Shown: positions 47,581 through 58,141 of the stretch, one piece after another
Layout: every line of letters starts with the position of its first letter
Position numbering within the stretch: the stretch's first letter is position 1
NCBI GenBank assembly: GCA_963787445.1
Contig: CAWBCT010000005.1
Location: 224,001 to 288,000 of the forward strand
Length of the DNA: 64,000 nt
Direction: 5' to 3'
DNA from: an uncultured archaeon
GTDB lineage: Archaea > Micrarchaeota > Micrarchaeia > Micrarchaeales > CABMGC01
Made by a program: the position numbers and the translations under genes
The notes under the pieces: model-generated
Database searches by the model: none
What the model was told of the DNA's origin: nothing
What the model saw: only the letters and a program-made list of their open reading frames with translations

Positions 47581-48805
47581 CTATTACCTCGCAGGTAAGC
47601 GAGTTTACAGGCCTGCCTCCCTTTTTGAGATACCAACTCATCTTCTTCTTTTTCCGTAATCCATATTAGTTCCAGGCTCCGACTATCAGGTAGTCGGGCA
47701 TGTCGCTTCTGATGAACCGCTCGTGCTTTACGAGTATGTTCGCCTTTGGGATGTGGCGGCCTATCTTCGCAGGAGTGTAGTCATATGCATACTCTATCTG
47801 CTCGTTGGTTATCTCGCAGAAGTTAAGCAGCGTGGCGATCTTTGCCGGCGCCATCCAGATGGAAACGCGCTTCCCGTTCCTGTTCAGAGAGCCTATCAGC
47901 TTCCTGATCTCCCGCTTTCTCTGGTCGGCCTGTTTCTGGAGCCCCCTTCATCGTCTTGAGATCGTATAATCCGGACTGCTTCTCCAGCAGCATGAACCTT
48001 TTCAGCGGGCCCTCCTTTCCGTGCTTCCTTCCGGAGCACGCGGACCGAGCCGCCGAGCTGCTTCGGAAGGTACCTCACATCCACAATCTTGAGCCCGCAG
48101 CTGTGCGCAAGCCTGGTAAACGCCCTGATGTTCGCAAGACGTAGTAGTGCTCGGCGTAGATGGTGTCTATCTGGAAGTTCTTGACGAAATCCTTCAGCCA
48201 GTGGACCTCTATGGAAATGGTTCCCGTCTCTCCCGCAAGCCTCTTCATCCCCAGCAGCATGTCCCGGGGATCTGGGATATCGGCAAACCAGTTTGTTCGC
48301 CATTACAAGGTCTGCCGTGCCGTACTTGGTCGCCATGGAATCAGCCAGCTCGCTGCCGAAGAAGCTGTTTATGGTCTTGTGACCGTTGCTGTTGGCAAGC
48401 CGGGCCATGTTCTTCGTGGGTTCCACACCTATGACCTGCTTGAATCCTCCATGTTTCTTGAGCAGTGCTATCTCTGTGCCATCTAGTTGGAGCCCACCAC
48501 CACCGCAAACTCTCTGCGCTTCAGGTTCTTCTTCATTACAGAAGCCAGCGCCTTGAGATGATCAACTCGGGGCGTTATCCTTGATACTGAATAGGTGTAG
48601 TGGCTGTTGAATAGTTCTGACCTATCCACCAGCTCGGCCTGCTGGAAAAATGTGCAGTCTTTGCACCAGTAGCACACCAGCGGGTAGCTCTTCACCCTCT
48701 TTTAAGCTGCTGCTTGGTGAGAAACCCGTTGGCATTCGGCATGCTGCCCAGGTCGAGCACCTTGACCAGATTGTTGCTGCCACATACTTTGCACGAGTAA
48801 TCCAA
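47581..48805 (-). CDS. NDP-hexose C-methyltransferase-like protein, multiply frameshifted
   Basis: CKVCG...LDLGSMPNANGF, CYWCKDC...Q, VGSN, EPTKN, DTIYAEH, PAK...LLNFC, PDYLIVGAWN. Ends approximate. Confidence 0.75.
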
Positions 48806-48815
48806 AATATCACAT

Positions 48816-49371
48816 CTATGCTTCAGTCTCTGCGTCCTGAAGCTTCGGCCAGCCTTTGTCCGAATAAGACAGTACCGGTTCGGCCAGAAGAGGAGCACGG
48901 TTATTCCCAATGCGGGGTCATTCCCCAGTACTCCCCTGCTCCACTCCTTTGAGTACTCCTTTGTCGTCCTATAAAGGATGGCCGTGTTGTCTTCAAGAGC
49001 CATGAAGCCATGCGCAAATCCTTCCGGGACCCACAGCATCCGGGGCTTGTCAGATGAAAGCCCCACTCCCTATCCATTTTGAATATGTTGCAGAGCTTTT
49101 CCTGATATCAACCACGACGTCGAATATGCTTCCGGAGAGAACCGTAACCAGCTTTCCTTGCTGCGCCGGTTTCAGCTGGTAGTGCAGACCGCGCACCACA
49201 TTTTTCCTTGACTTTGAGATGCTCTCCTGTGCAAAAGTCTGGGAAATGCCGTTGGCTTCAAACTCGGAGTGCTTATACATCTTCGATAAATGAGCCCTTG
49301 TTGTCAGGATGCGAGTCGCAGTCCACCAGCAGCACATCAGGGATGCCCAGTTTGGTGAATTTAAGTGTCAT
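48816..49371 (-). CDS. rfbC: dTDP-4-dehydrorhamnose 3,5-epimerase, frameshifted
   Basis: SKSRKNVVRGLHYQ, QGKLV, DVVVDIR, LWVPEGFAHGF. Confidence 0.88.
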
Positions 49372-50135
49372 CTACTCGTGCTCACTTTTGCGACTTTTGG
49401 TAGATACATGTTCTTTGCCAGCTCATTGGCTTTGAACAGGGACTCAAACGTCCCAGTTGTCACGTCCACTCGGATTCTATTATCTTGTAATCAAGCTTCC
49501 CTTCATTAAGGTACATATTTATGAGATCGGTCATCTCCAGCTCTCCGCGCGCAGATGGCTTCAGCTTCTTTATCCTGCCGAATGCAGTATCATCGATCAG
49601 ATACATGCCGGTGAGCGCATAGTTCGACTTTGGCACCTTGGGCTTCTCCTCGAACGCAACAATCCTATTGCTTCCATCAAAGGCAGGAACACCAAAGCGC
49701 GCAGGGTTCTCCACCTGCTTGAGGAATACCATTGCACCCTTCTTTTTCTCGAATTCGGCGATGCTTGAGCGTATCATCTCAAACTCTGAATCGGTGAAAT
49801 TGAATATGTTGTCACCCAGAATAACTACCACATTCTCTCCTTTGAACACGCCAAGCGCAAGACTGAGCGCATGTGCTATGCCAAGAGAACCTTCCTGAAC
49901 CTTGTAGGTGATATTGACCCCAAACTCGTGTGCCACTTCCCAGCAATCCTGCAAAACTTCCGGTGTGATCCTTTCCGGTAACCACAAGAAGGTCGGTTAT
50001 CCCAAAACTTGCCAGCGCTGCTATGGCGTAGTAGATCATGGGTTTGTTGAATATGAGATTAAGGTTCTTGTTGGTCACTTTTGTTATTGGACGCAGGCGC
50101 GTGCCTTCTCCTCCCGCAAGTACTACTCCTTTCAT
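49372..50135 (-). CDS. rfbA: Glucose-1-phosphate thymidylyltransferase, frameshifted
   Basis: VLAGGEGTRLRPIT, LGDNIF, EEKPKVPKSNYA, KPSARGELE. Confidence 0.88.
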
Positions 50136-50209
50136 ATTTAACCCCAGAATACCTCATTTTTAGATTGGATTACGCTGATATTTAAACGTAATGCTCGTAT
50201 AAATCCAAC

Positions 50210-51086
50210 ATGGACAAGCTGCTTGTTGTAGGGGGTAGCGGCCTTCTTGGAAGCAAGCTTTTGGAGCGCTGCAAAGGCACGTTTTCCGTGTTATCCACCT
50301 ATAAAAACACACGCGTTGGAAGGCAAAGGCTCATTCATGCTGGACGTGACTGACAAGGAAGCAACCGCAAAGCTGATTGGGAAGATTAAGCCCGATTATG
50401 TCATAGATACGCATGCGCTGACGAATTTGGACTACTGCGAGATGCACAAGGAAGAGGCCTGGGAGGTCAACGTCGTGGGTGCGCAGAACATGGCCAAGGC
50501 GTGCAAAAAACTCGGTTCCAAATATGTCTTCCTCTCGACTGACTCGGTGTTTGATGGCAAAAAGAAAAGCTATGTGGAGGAGGACAGTACCAACCCGTTG
50601 AACTATTACGGGAAGACGAAACTTGCAGCCGAGCAGGCGATAGAAGCAACCTGGGAGGATTGTATCATAGCCAGAACCTCGGTCATTTACGGAAAAGGAG
50701 GCATGAACAAGGTGAACTTTGCTTCGTGGCTTATCGAGAAGCTATCCAAGGGCGAACGGGCAAATATCGTCGTTGATCAGTATAACAATCCTACCCTGGT
50801 TGATAACCTGGCTGACCTCCTGTTGAGGCTCATTGAGAAGGACGCAACGGGCCTGTTCCATGCCACTGGAAAGAATTGCATCAGCAGGTATGATTTTTCC
50901 TTGCAGATAGCAGACACCTTCGGCTTAAATAAGAAATTGATAAACTCCATCACCACATCGGAACTGAACCAGATAGCAAAAAGGCCGCTGAGGGTGGATA
51001 TGTGCGTCACAAAGGCAGAGCAGTCCTCGGGGCTAAAGATGCTCACTACTAATCAGGGTCTACGGGAGCTAAGGAAACAGAAGTAG
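50210..51086 (+). CDS. rfbD: dTDP-4-dehydrorhamnose reductase (N-terminus frameshifted)
   Basis: MDKLLVVGGSGLLG from 50210; STDSVFDG, YYGKTK, DQYNNPT, AKRP. Confidence 0.88.
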
Positions 51087-51114
51087 GCACTTCTGCGCAC
51101 TATTTTCAAATGGT

Positions 51115-51902
51115 CTAGGCAGTCCTATGGCAAAACAGGTTGCCGCCGGCTTTGTCGACTATGTGCATATTGTCTATTGTGAAGCCAGAGTCCGTTATCT
51201 TCTTTAGGAGCTCTTTCCCGGCGCTGGGATTCTTTTGGATTATGTCTGAATTGTACTCCACCACCAGGTACCTGCACCGGGCAAGGGTGCTTTTTGCGCC
51301 GTTTATAGCATCAAGTTCAGAACCCTCAATGTCCATCTTATTATGGTGATGTCCAGTCCGTTATTAGGTTGTCTAGGGTGTTGGTCTTCACCGATTGAAT
51401 TGGCTTGCGGCCGTCTGAAATGAGGGAGTTTGCGCCGGCCCATTCCTGATCACCATACAGATGGCGCGTGCTCTCCGTGGACGAGATTGCAGACGGGCTT
51501 AGCACAACATTCTTGCAGTTGTTTCTCTTTACTTCCTCTTTAGTATGGCCCTGGTAGAATCGTTTGGCTCAAATGAATACACTTTATTTGCCAGTTGGGA
51601 CATTAGCACGGTAAAGTAGTCAATGTTTGCGCCGGCGTCTATGGCAACGCCCTTGTGCTTGTGAAGCGCATCTGAGATGGATTTTGGAATATCAGGCTCG
51701 TAGATGCCCCCGCTCCTTAAAAAAGAAAGGCTATCGTGCTCGTCTATTTCAAGGGCCGCCCCATAATCTGTTGTAATTATTTTGCCTTTGGCTAAGCTGC
51801 TCACCCATTTCTCCGCGCCTTTTCCACCATTGGGATATTGCCCAGCTTGGAACCTTCCAGTGAATTGTACAAGAAGTTGTAGATCTTTTGTGAAATGCTC
51901 AT
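51115..51902 (-). CDS. FkbM-family methyltransferase, frameshifted
   Basis: IDAGANI, YSFEPN, KMDIEGSE, VVEY across fragments. Confidence 0.75.
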
Positions 51903-52020
51903 TTACTCACTTTCCCGTTGGCGTGGCTTTCGCCGTTGCCACACTCCGTCAAACCATAGCGTGCAATAATATATACTATGAGGTTTTTATAGTGTGGCGA
52001 GCGAGTCGCCTTAGAAAATC

Positions 52021-52815
52021 GTGGTTAATTTGAACTTCATCCAGAGAAGCAGCAAGGTTATGCGTGAAGAGGGGATTGGCGGGTTCCTGCGCAATATCTA
52101 TGCGTATGCAACATCTGTGGCATTGCAGACGTACGACGCTCTCGTGCTAACCGTTGCAACACCGCAAGTCATCGCCTCTTTCAAGACCCAATCAGAACGG
52201 GTTAGGGGCCTAAAGGGGCTGGTAGAATTCTCATACAGATTCAGCTTCCTGGGCTTTTCGTTCAAACCAGTACAGTTGCGCAGCGAGATAACTGAACTGC
52301 TCAACATCCTTCAGAAGCGCAACATTCACGCAATGCTTGAAATAGGCACGGACAGTGGCGGGACACTATTTCTGTTCTCCCACGTCTCAGCACCAGATGC
52401 AAAAATCATAAGCATCAACCTCCCATGGAGCACGCTTAATGAGTACTGCATGCGATACCGCAATATTCTCTATAAGAATTTTGCGACTCAAAGGCAGCAG
52501 ATGAACTTGCTTACCGAGAATTCTCACGAACAAGCCACCCTAACAAAAACGCACAAGCTTTTGAAGGGGAATAAATTGGACTTCCTGTTCATAGACGGCG
52601 ACCATAGCTATGACGGTGTGAAACAGGACTTTGAGATGTATGCACCCTTAGTGAGGAAAGGAGGGGTCGTGGCGTTCCATGACATAGCAATGGCGCCGGA
52701 GAGCAAATCCAACCCAGTGTATAAATATTGGATGGAGCTTAGGGCGAAGCACGGGAACAGGAGTTCGGAGATAGTGCACAGTGACAGGTACGGGATCGGG
52801 GTCATTTATCTCTAG
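52021..52815 (+). CDS. Class I SAM methyltransferase (Methyltransf_24-like)
   Basis: LEIGTDSGGT, LDFLFIDGDHSYDGVKQDF, GGVVAFHD. Confidence 0.85.
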   Translation: MVNLNFIQRSSKVMREEGIGGFLRNIYAYATSVALQTYDALVLTVATPQVIASFKTQSERVRGLKGLVEFSYRFSFLGFSFKPVQLRSEITELLNILQKRNIHAMLEIGTDSGGTLFLFSHVSAPDAKIISINLPWSTLNEYCMRYRNILYKNFATQRQQMNLLTENSHEQATLTKTHKLLKGNKLDFLFIDGDHSYDGVKQDFEMYAPLVRKGGVVAFHDIAMAPESKSNPVYKYWMELRAKHGNRSSEIVHSDRYGIGVIYL

Positions 52816-53852
52816 CATGCAGCCGGTGGTATCGTTCTATAATCAGTTTAATCAGCAGGTCTATGCCTTGTTTTTTCTTTCCATACTTTTCGTTTAGCGA
52901 AACTATCGTGCTCTCCTTGTCCAGAGACAGAAACTCGGTTATCCCGATATCATTCACTATTTTCGAGATCTCGAACTCTTTCGCGCTGTCCGGTCTCTTT
53001 TTTAGTCGCTGCATTCGTTTAACATAGGCATTGACGCCAGCCGGAAGCGCAGGCAGGGTTTGGATGCTGCGCAGGGTAAATATGTACCCAAGGGTCTTAA
53101 CGTAGCAATATACCCAATAATCAAAGCTTGAGAGCTCCTGATCCGGCTGTTTGGATGAGACCTGTTCGTAAAATCCAGTACAGAAAGTACTATCCTGCCC
53201 CTCAGCGTGCTTCTCACCTGGGCACTGTCCTTGACAGAGATCTTTGCCAGGTATTCCAGCATGCGCTCGTTGTACATGCCGTAGCTGAGCCGGTCGAATC
53301 GCTCTATTTGGGAGTATTCGGCTGCGCTCTTCGTCCTGAGCTCGTTTCGATGCTCTAGGTGGTATGGCTCCTCGAGCTTTTCGGTCACTCCGCTAACGAT
53401 CGGCTGCTCGTGCAGGAGGCCCTTGTAAAGCACCTTTGACTTCCTGAAAAGGCGCGTCTGCCAGGTGAACACGTTGCCTCTGCCCTCAGAGCTCACCAGC
53501 TCGTAACGCCTTATTGCAAAAGCATCGCATTTTCTTTTTATTATTGAGGAAAGGTCTTCCTTGAAGCTCTCGCACAGACGTTCGTCCGTATCAACCAAAA
53601 AGACCCATTCGTTCTTGCACTTGCTGAGCCCGTACATGCGGAGCGGGTCCGGATATCCGAGAGCCGGAACCCTGTACACCTTAAGGTTTGCAGGGCCCTT
53701 GGCCTTCATCTTCCTGAGCATCTTGTCATGCAGACGGAATTGCTGGAATCCATCAGGATTATCTCGCCCGCTACCGTTTTCATCTCCTCAATCAACGACC
53801 ACGCGTTGTCCAAATCATTTCTTGAGAATATGAGAAGTGAGATTTTGTCCAT
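52802..53852 (-). CDS. GT2 glycosyltransferase, frameshifted
   Basis: ILMDSS, EWVFLVDTDERL, RLFRK, LHEQP. Confidence 0.75.
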
Positions 53853-53930
53853 TTCTACACCTATACGGAGTCAAGCATGCGTCTTATCCTGGCGACTATT
53901 ACCTTGTCAGAGTACGCCTTGAGCACATAG

Positions 53931-55048
53931 CTACTAATCTTTCCCCTGAGCCTCTCGTATGCCTTCCTATCCGAATGCCATAGATCATAATAGTTCAGTA
54001 CCGAACGGGCGAAGGCCTCAACATCGAATGGGCTGACAAGTGCGCCCTGAAAACTCCTTCTTCATGATATCCTTAGGACCCTTCACATTAAAGGCAACGA
54101 CTGGCAGGCCATAGGCTTGGGCCTCTATGAGGGACAGCCCGAAGGACTCGAACCTTGAAGGGAACACCAGAGGCTGGCCGAGTTGTACTCCTTGCTTAAT
54201 TCATTGTCATCAAGGAAACCAGGCCACGCAACATTGCCGTGATGCCTATCAACAATAGACCTGACAAGCTCCTCACCGTCTCCACCGGAACCAAAAATTC
54301 GAAACTTTATCTTGTTGTTCTCCGAAAGCACCCTGTCTATGACCTTATTGAGCAGGTCTATGCCCTTATGATTCACATTGAGTCTTCCGGCAAAGACCGC
54401 TACAAAACTCTTGTGGTTTAATTGCTTCTGCTTTTGATGGATCACAAAGTTAGGTATTTGATAAACTCTGGCGTTGGGATAGTTGCTTCTAACCAGCCTC
54501 GCGTCCTCATCGTTTATTACGTGAAAGGCCTTGACCTTGCGCAAAGAGCTCTTGTACCTTGCCGAAAGGTGCCCATAGACACCCGGCTGACTCTTGAAGA
54601 TGTTCGCGAAAAGCGGGTTGTGGGCCCCGAAAATCAGCTTCTTGTTCATCTCCGCCGCGAATCGCACTGAAAGCGTGAAGAGAACCGGATTAAAGCTAAG
54701 CAAATATATAACGTCCGCCTCGCTTATCGCCTTTCTGAGCCGCAGGATAGAGCCAGGCAGAAGTATTGCCAGGGTGAAGGGTTCCTCTCCGAAGGCAGTC
54801 CGCGTTAACCCGAGACCCTTGAGCGTGATTATCGATTTTGGACCTAGGCCGTACTGCTTTGCTATGTACTCCTGGGTGATCCGGCTGGTGCCGTGCTGGG
54901 AGACATAGTGCAGCATGCTTATCTCGTACGCCTTGCCGAGCCGCTTCGCTGTCTCTAGGGCCCACCTCTCCCCTCCCCCAAAGGAGTAGAGGGTGTTTGT
55001 TATGAAAAGCACGCGCTTTTTGCTCGGCAGAAACAACACCTTGTACAC
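53931..55048 (-). CDS. GT4 glycosyltransferase, frameshifted near the C-terminus
   Basis: FGGGE, FAGRLNVNHKG, PSRFESFGL...QAYGLPVVAF in a shifted frame. Confidence 0.8.
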
Positions 55049-55151
55049 TAGATATCAATATCAAGTTTTATAAGCAGTTGCGATTTCCCTCTGCTCGCCA
55101 CTTTCTGCGCAAAGTCCCAGCCCACCAAAACACATATAATATAATGTTTTG

Positions 55152-55167
55152 TAATGTTATAACATTA
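55152..55167. promoter_or_regulatory. Perfect 16-bp palindrome TAATGTTATAACATTA, putative operator
   Basis: Lies in a divergent intergenic region with extra half-sites on both sides. Confidence 0.45.
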
Positions 55168-55184
55168 TATAACATTGTGATTGC

Positions 55185-55862
55185 GTGGAACTGCTCATCG
55201 TGCGGCATGGCGAGACGGTCGCGAATACGAAGAACCTCATCCAGGGCCAGACCCACGGGAGCCTGACGGAAAAGGGCGAGGCCCAGGCGAGGCTGGTGGC
55301 GAGAAGGCTGAGGAGGAAGAAGATAGATGCGATCTTCTCGAGCGACCTGAAACGGGCGAGGGACACGGCTAGCACCATAGCCGAATACCATGAGACACCG
55401 GTGTACCACATCACCTGGCTGCGGGGAAGGGCCTCGGGCAGGTATGAGGGGATGCGGTGGGAGGATGTGGTTGCCGAGCTTGGCCAGGAGAGGGCGTTCA
55501 ACAACACGAGGTACAGGTTCGGCGAAGGCGGGGAGAGCCTGCTGGACATGAGGAAGCGGATGCACGCTTTCGTAAATGCGGTCAAGAAGATCAACCCGGA
55601 CGGCACCGTGGTGGTCTGCACCCACAGGCACTGCGTCATGATACTCCTGAGCGTAATCTTCGATGTCCCGCTAAAGCAGGTGCTTGCCGAGATGAGGAAT
55701 GTGAAGGACGCGCAGATCATAGAAAACAGCGGCGTTGTCCGGATACTGCTGGGCGAGGGCGGGGCGAGATATACCGGAGGCAACGTAACCATAAAGCGGA
55801 TAGCGGCCCTTGGGAGGAGCCATCGGAGGAGCCAGCGTGCGCTCTCGCTGGATAGTCTATAA
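55185..55862 (+). CDS. Histidine phosphatase (PGM) family protein
   Basis: IVRHGET, SSDLKRARDTA, GGES, VVCTH. Confidence 0.9.
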   Translation: MELLIVRHGETVANTKNLIQGQTHGSLTEKGEAQARLVARRLRRKKIDAIFSSDLKRARDTASTIAEYHETPVYHITWLRGRASGRYEGMRWEDVVAELGQERAFNNTRYRFGEGGESLLDMRKRMHAFVNAVKKINPDGTVVVCTHRHCVMILLSVIFDVPLKQVLAEMRNVKDAQIIENSGVVRILLGEGGARYTGGNVTIKRIAALGRSHRRSQRALSLDSL

Positions 55863-55901
55863 ACTTTGCCGTAATAAGCTAATTGTCGAGAAGTGTAGAG
55901 C

Positions 55902-57008
55902 ATGCGCATCGCATTTGTTTATGACGTACCATACCCCTGGCACAAGGGAGGGATAGAGCACATCCTCGCCACAGAGGCCCAGGAGCTCGCCAAGGAGCAC
56001 GAGGTCCATTTCTTCACGCTTCGCTGGCCGGGCATGGAGCGTTCATTCGTTTACAAAGGGGTGCATTACCACACCTTTGGGGAGGCCAACGAGGCCAACA
56101 CCTACAGGCACGGGCGCCGCTCGATCAGGGAGGCCCTTATGTTCGGGATCTACTCGTTCTCGATTTTCGGCTCAAGGTTCGATGCCATCATAACCGACGA
56201 GTTCCCGGTCCTGCACCTTCTCCCCATCCGCATCTACGGGCTGCTTGCCGGATGCAAGTTGGTAATACGCGTGGACGAGGTATGGGGCAGGGAGTATTGG
56301 GTTAGTTACCTGGGCGGCATTTTTGGCGGGATAGCCGCATTCTACTCAAATTTGGTGCTTAACTCAAAAAAGGCATTCTACGTGACAAACTCAAGCGCAA
56401 CATCGCGCAAACTTGGCGAGGTTGGGATCTCCAGGGACAGGATCAGGATCTTTGCGCCGGTATTGGAAAACAAAACGCTCGCCGGCATAGTGCCAAAAGC
56501 GCAGCGGAGAGTAATCTTCTCGGGGCGTTTCATAAAGGAGAAGAGACTTGACAAGTGGCTTGGCGTATTCAAGAAGGTATCCAGATCTGACCACTCGGTC
56601 AGGGCACTTCTGGTGGGCGACGGTCCGGACAGGGCAAACATAGAGGCGACCGTTAGGAAGCTTGGGTTGCAGGGTCGGGTGAAGATAAGGGGATTTTATG
56701 ACAACAAGAAGGAGCTTTATTCTGCAATCGCAAACTCCTCCCTCTTTTTGCACATGTCAGAACGGGAAGGGCTAAGCATAATCGCGCTTGAGAGCCTGGC
56801 CCTGGGCACACCGGTGGTGCTGCCGGACTATTCGCCCATACCATCGGAGGTGAGGTCCATGTGCATCGTCGCCACTGAAGGGCAAACAGCGTCAAGGGTG
56901 GCAGCAATCCTGAAAAGCGGCGACAAGGCTAGGTACATTAAAAATGCCCGGAACCTCAGAATGTTCTCATCAGAAGGAGTCAGGGAGTTCTACAGGGAGA
57001 TACTTTAG
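55902..57008 (+). CDS. GT4 glycosyltransferase
   Basis: YPWHKGGIE, SGRFIKEK, SEREGLSIIALESLALGTPV. Confidence 0.9.
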   Translation: MRIAFVYDVPYPWHKGGIEHILATEAQELAKEHEVHFFTLRWPGMERSFVYKGVHYHTFGEANEANTYRHGRRSIREALMFGIYSFSIFGSRFDAIITDEFPVLHLLPIRIYGLLAGCKLVIRVDEVWGREYWVSYLGGIFGGIAAFYSNLVLNSKKAFYVTNSSATSRKLGEVGISRDRIRIFAPVLENKTLAGIVPKAQRRVIFSGRFIKEKRLDKWLGVFKKVSRSDHSVRALLVGDGPDRANIEATVRKLGLQGRVKIRGFYDNKKELYSAIANSSLFLHMSEREGLSIIALESLALGTPVVLPDYSPIPSEVRSMCIVATEGQTASRVAAILKSGDKARYIKNARNLRMFSSEGVREFYREIL

Positions 57009-57797
57009 CTACTTCCCCTTTCTGGGCTCCTGGAAGTGCTTCGTATCAGCGAGTATCATGTGGTGGTCGTTGTCGAACCCTATCGCAGCCTTGAACGCAT
57101 CATGGTCGATGGTTATCGTGTTGTCAGAGTAGGGGTCGTTGATGTAGAACGCATCCTTGTCGTAGCCCTTGACCACAACCCAGTGGGGTGACGGGTCCAA
57201 ATATGAGTTTATGAGGTTCGCATTCACCAGGACTATCGGGACATAGCTGGCAGAGAGAGCCTTCTTGATCGACTGTGTAGAGATCGTGTTGTGCTCCTCT
57301 TCTACGCCTAGCTCCAGAGACCTTCCCTTTACCTCGTTGTAGGATGAGGTTAAAGTATCAAGATTTACGTTCTCGTAGACTGCTATCTTGCGGTCGTAGC
57401 CCTCGTCCTTCGTGTTGCTTACGATGCCGACCTTTGCTCCGCGCTTTGCCAGGGAGTAGGCGACCCCGTACTTTGAGCCGTGCCAGACGCTGCCGCTTAC
57501 CGCCTCCTGCCAGATGCTGTACTCGGTCTCCTTCTTAAGCTTGAATTCAGGGCTTACGTACTTCAAAACCATCATTGCGCATGCGGCCGAGCTGGTGAAG
57601 TCCTCGCTCTGCGGGTAGTGAGGGATCTCGAACATCGCCTTGTCCTTCATCTTTATCTTCTTGAGCCTGCCCAGGAACTTGTTCTTCTGGGGTGCAGCCT
57701 TGGGCCTAGACCTAGCTTTCGCCTTTGCCTTGTGCTTCGCCTTGCTAGCTGTCTTTAGTCTCTTAGTCGCCCTTTTCTTGTTTGAATTTTTTGCCAT
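57009..57797 (-). CDS. Peptidase C39-like (DUF3335-like) protein with Lys-rich N-terminus
   Basis: YPQSEDFTSSAACAMM, IWQEA, PHWVVVKGYD, YINDP. Confidence 0.75.
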   Translation of the reverse strand: MAKNSNKKRATKRLKTASKAKHKAKAKARSRPKAAPQKNKFLGRLKKIKMKDKAMFEIPHYPQSEDFTSSAACAMMVLKYVSPEFKLKKETEYSIWQEAVSGSVWHGSKYGVAYSLAKRGAKVGIVSNTKDEGYDRKIAVYENVNLDTLTSSYNEVKGRSLELGVEEEHNTISTQSIKKALSASYVPIVLVNANLINSYLDPSPHWVVVKGYDKDAFYINDPYSDNTITIDHDAFKAAIGFDNDHHMILADTKHFQEPRKGK

Positions 57798-57817
57798 TTA
57801 CTGCACCATTTTTGATG

Positions 57818-57915
57818 TGCAGGGGGAGAGATTTGTTCAGTTTTATTGAACTCCCGTAGGCCTAAGCCAACAGATCTTGAGTCTGTCGCATTTGACCAGG
57901 CTCTGCCACCCCTGC
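57818..57915 (-). tRNA. tRNA-Leu(CAA) with a 13-nt T-loop intron (57833-57845, about position 58/59)
   Basis: Acceptor GCAGGGG/CCCCTGC+A; anticodon ACAGA-CT-CAA-GA-TCTGT; variable arm GGC-TTAG-GCC; T-stem GGGAG/CTCTC around a 20-nt loop that reduces to TTCAAAT. Confidence 0.88.
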
Positions 57916-58141
57916 AACATCTACTAATTGCAACATATTACATATTAAAACATATGATATACAATGTAAGATAATTTATCCTGATATTTAAAGGTATCGT
58001 TATTTGTTTTACGATGATATAATTGATTTTTGACGTCGGTGGGATTTGTACTTGCGTTGCCGACTGCGAAGATTTTTACATATGTTCAGACCATATTCAC
58101 TGTGTAATCGAGCATTGTTACGTAAGGCTTTAGATGGTAGG

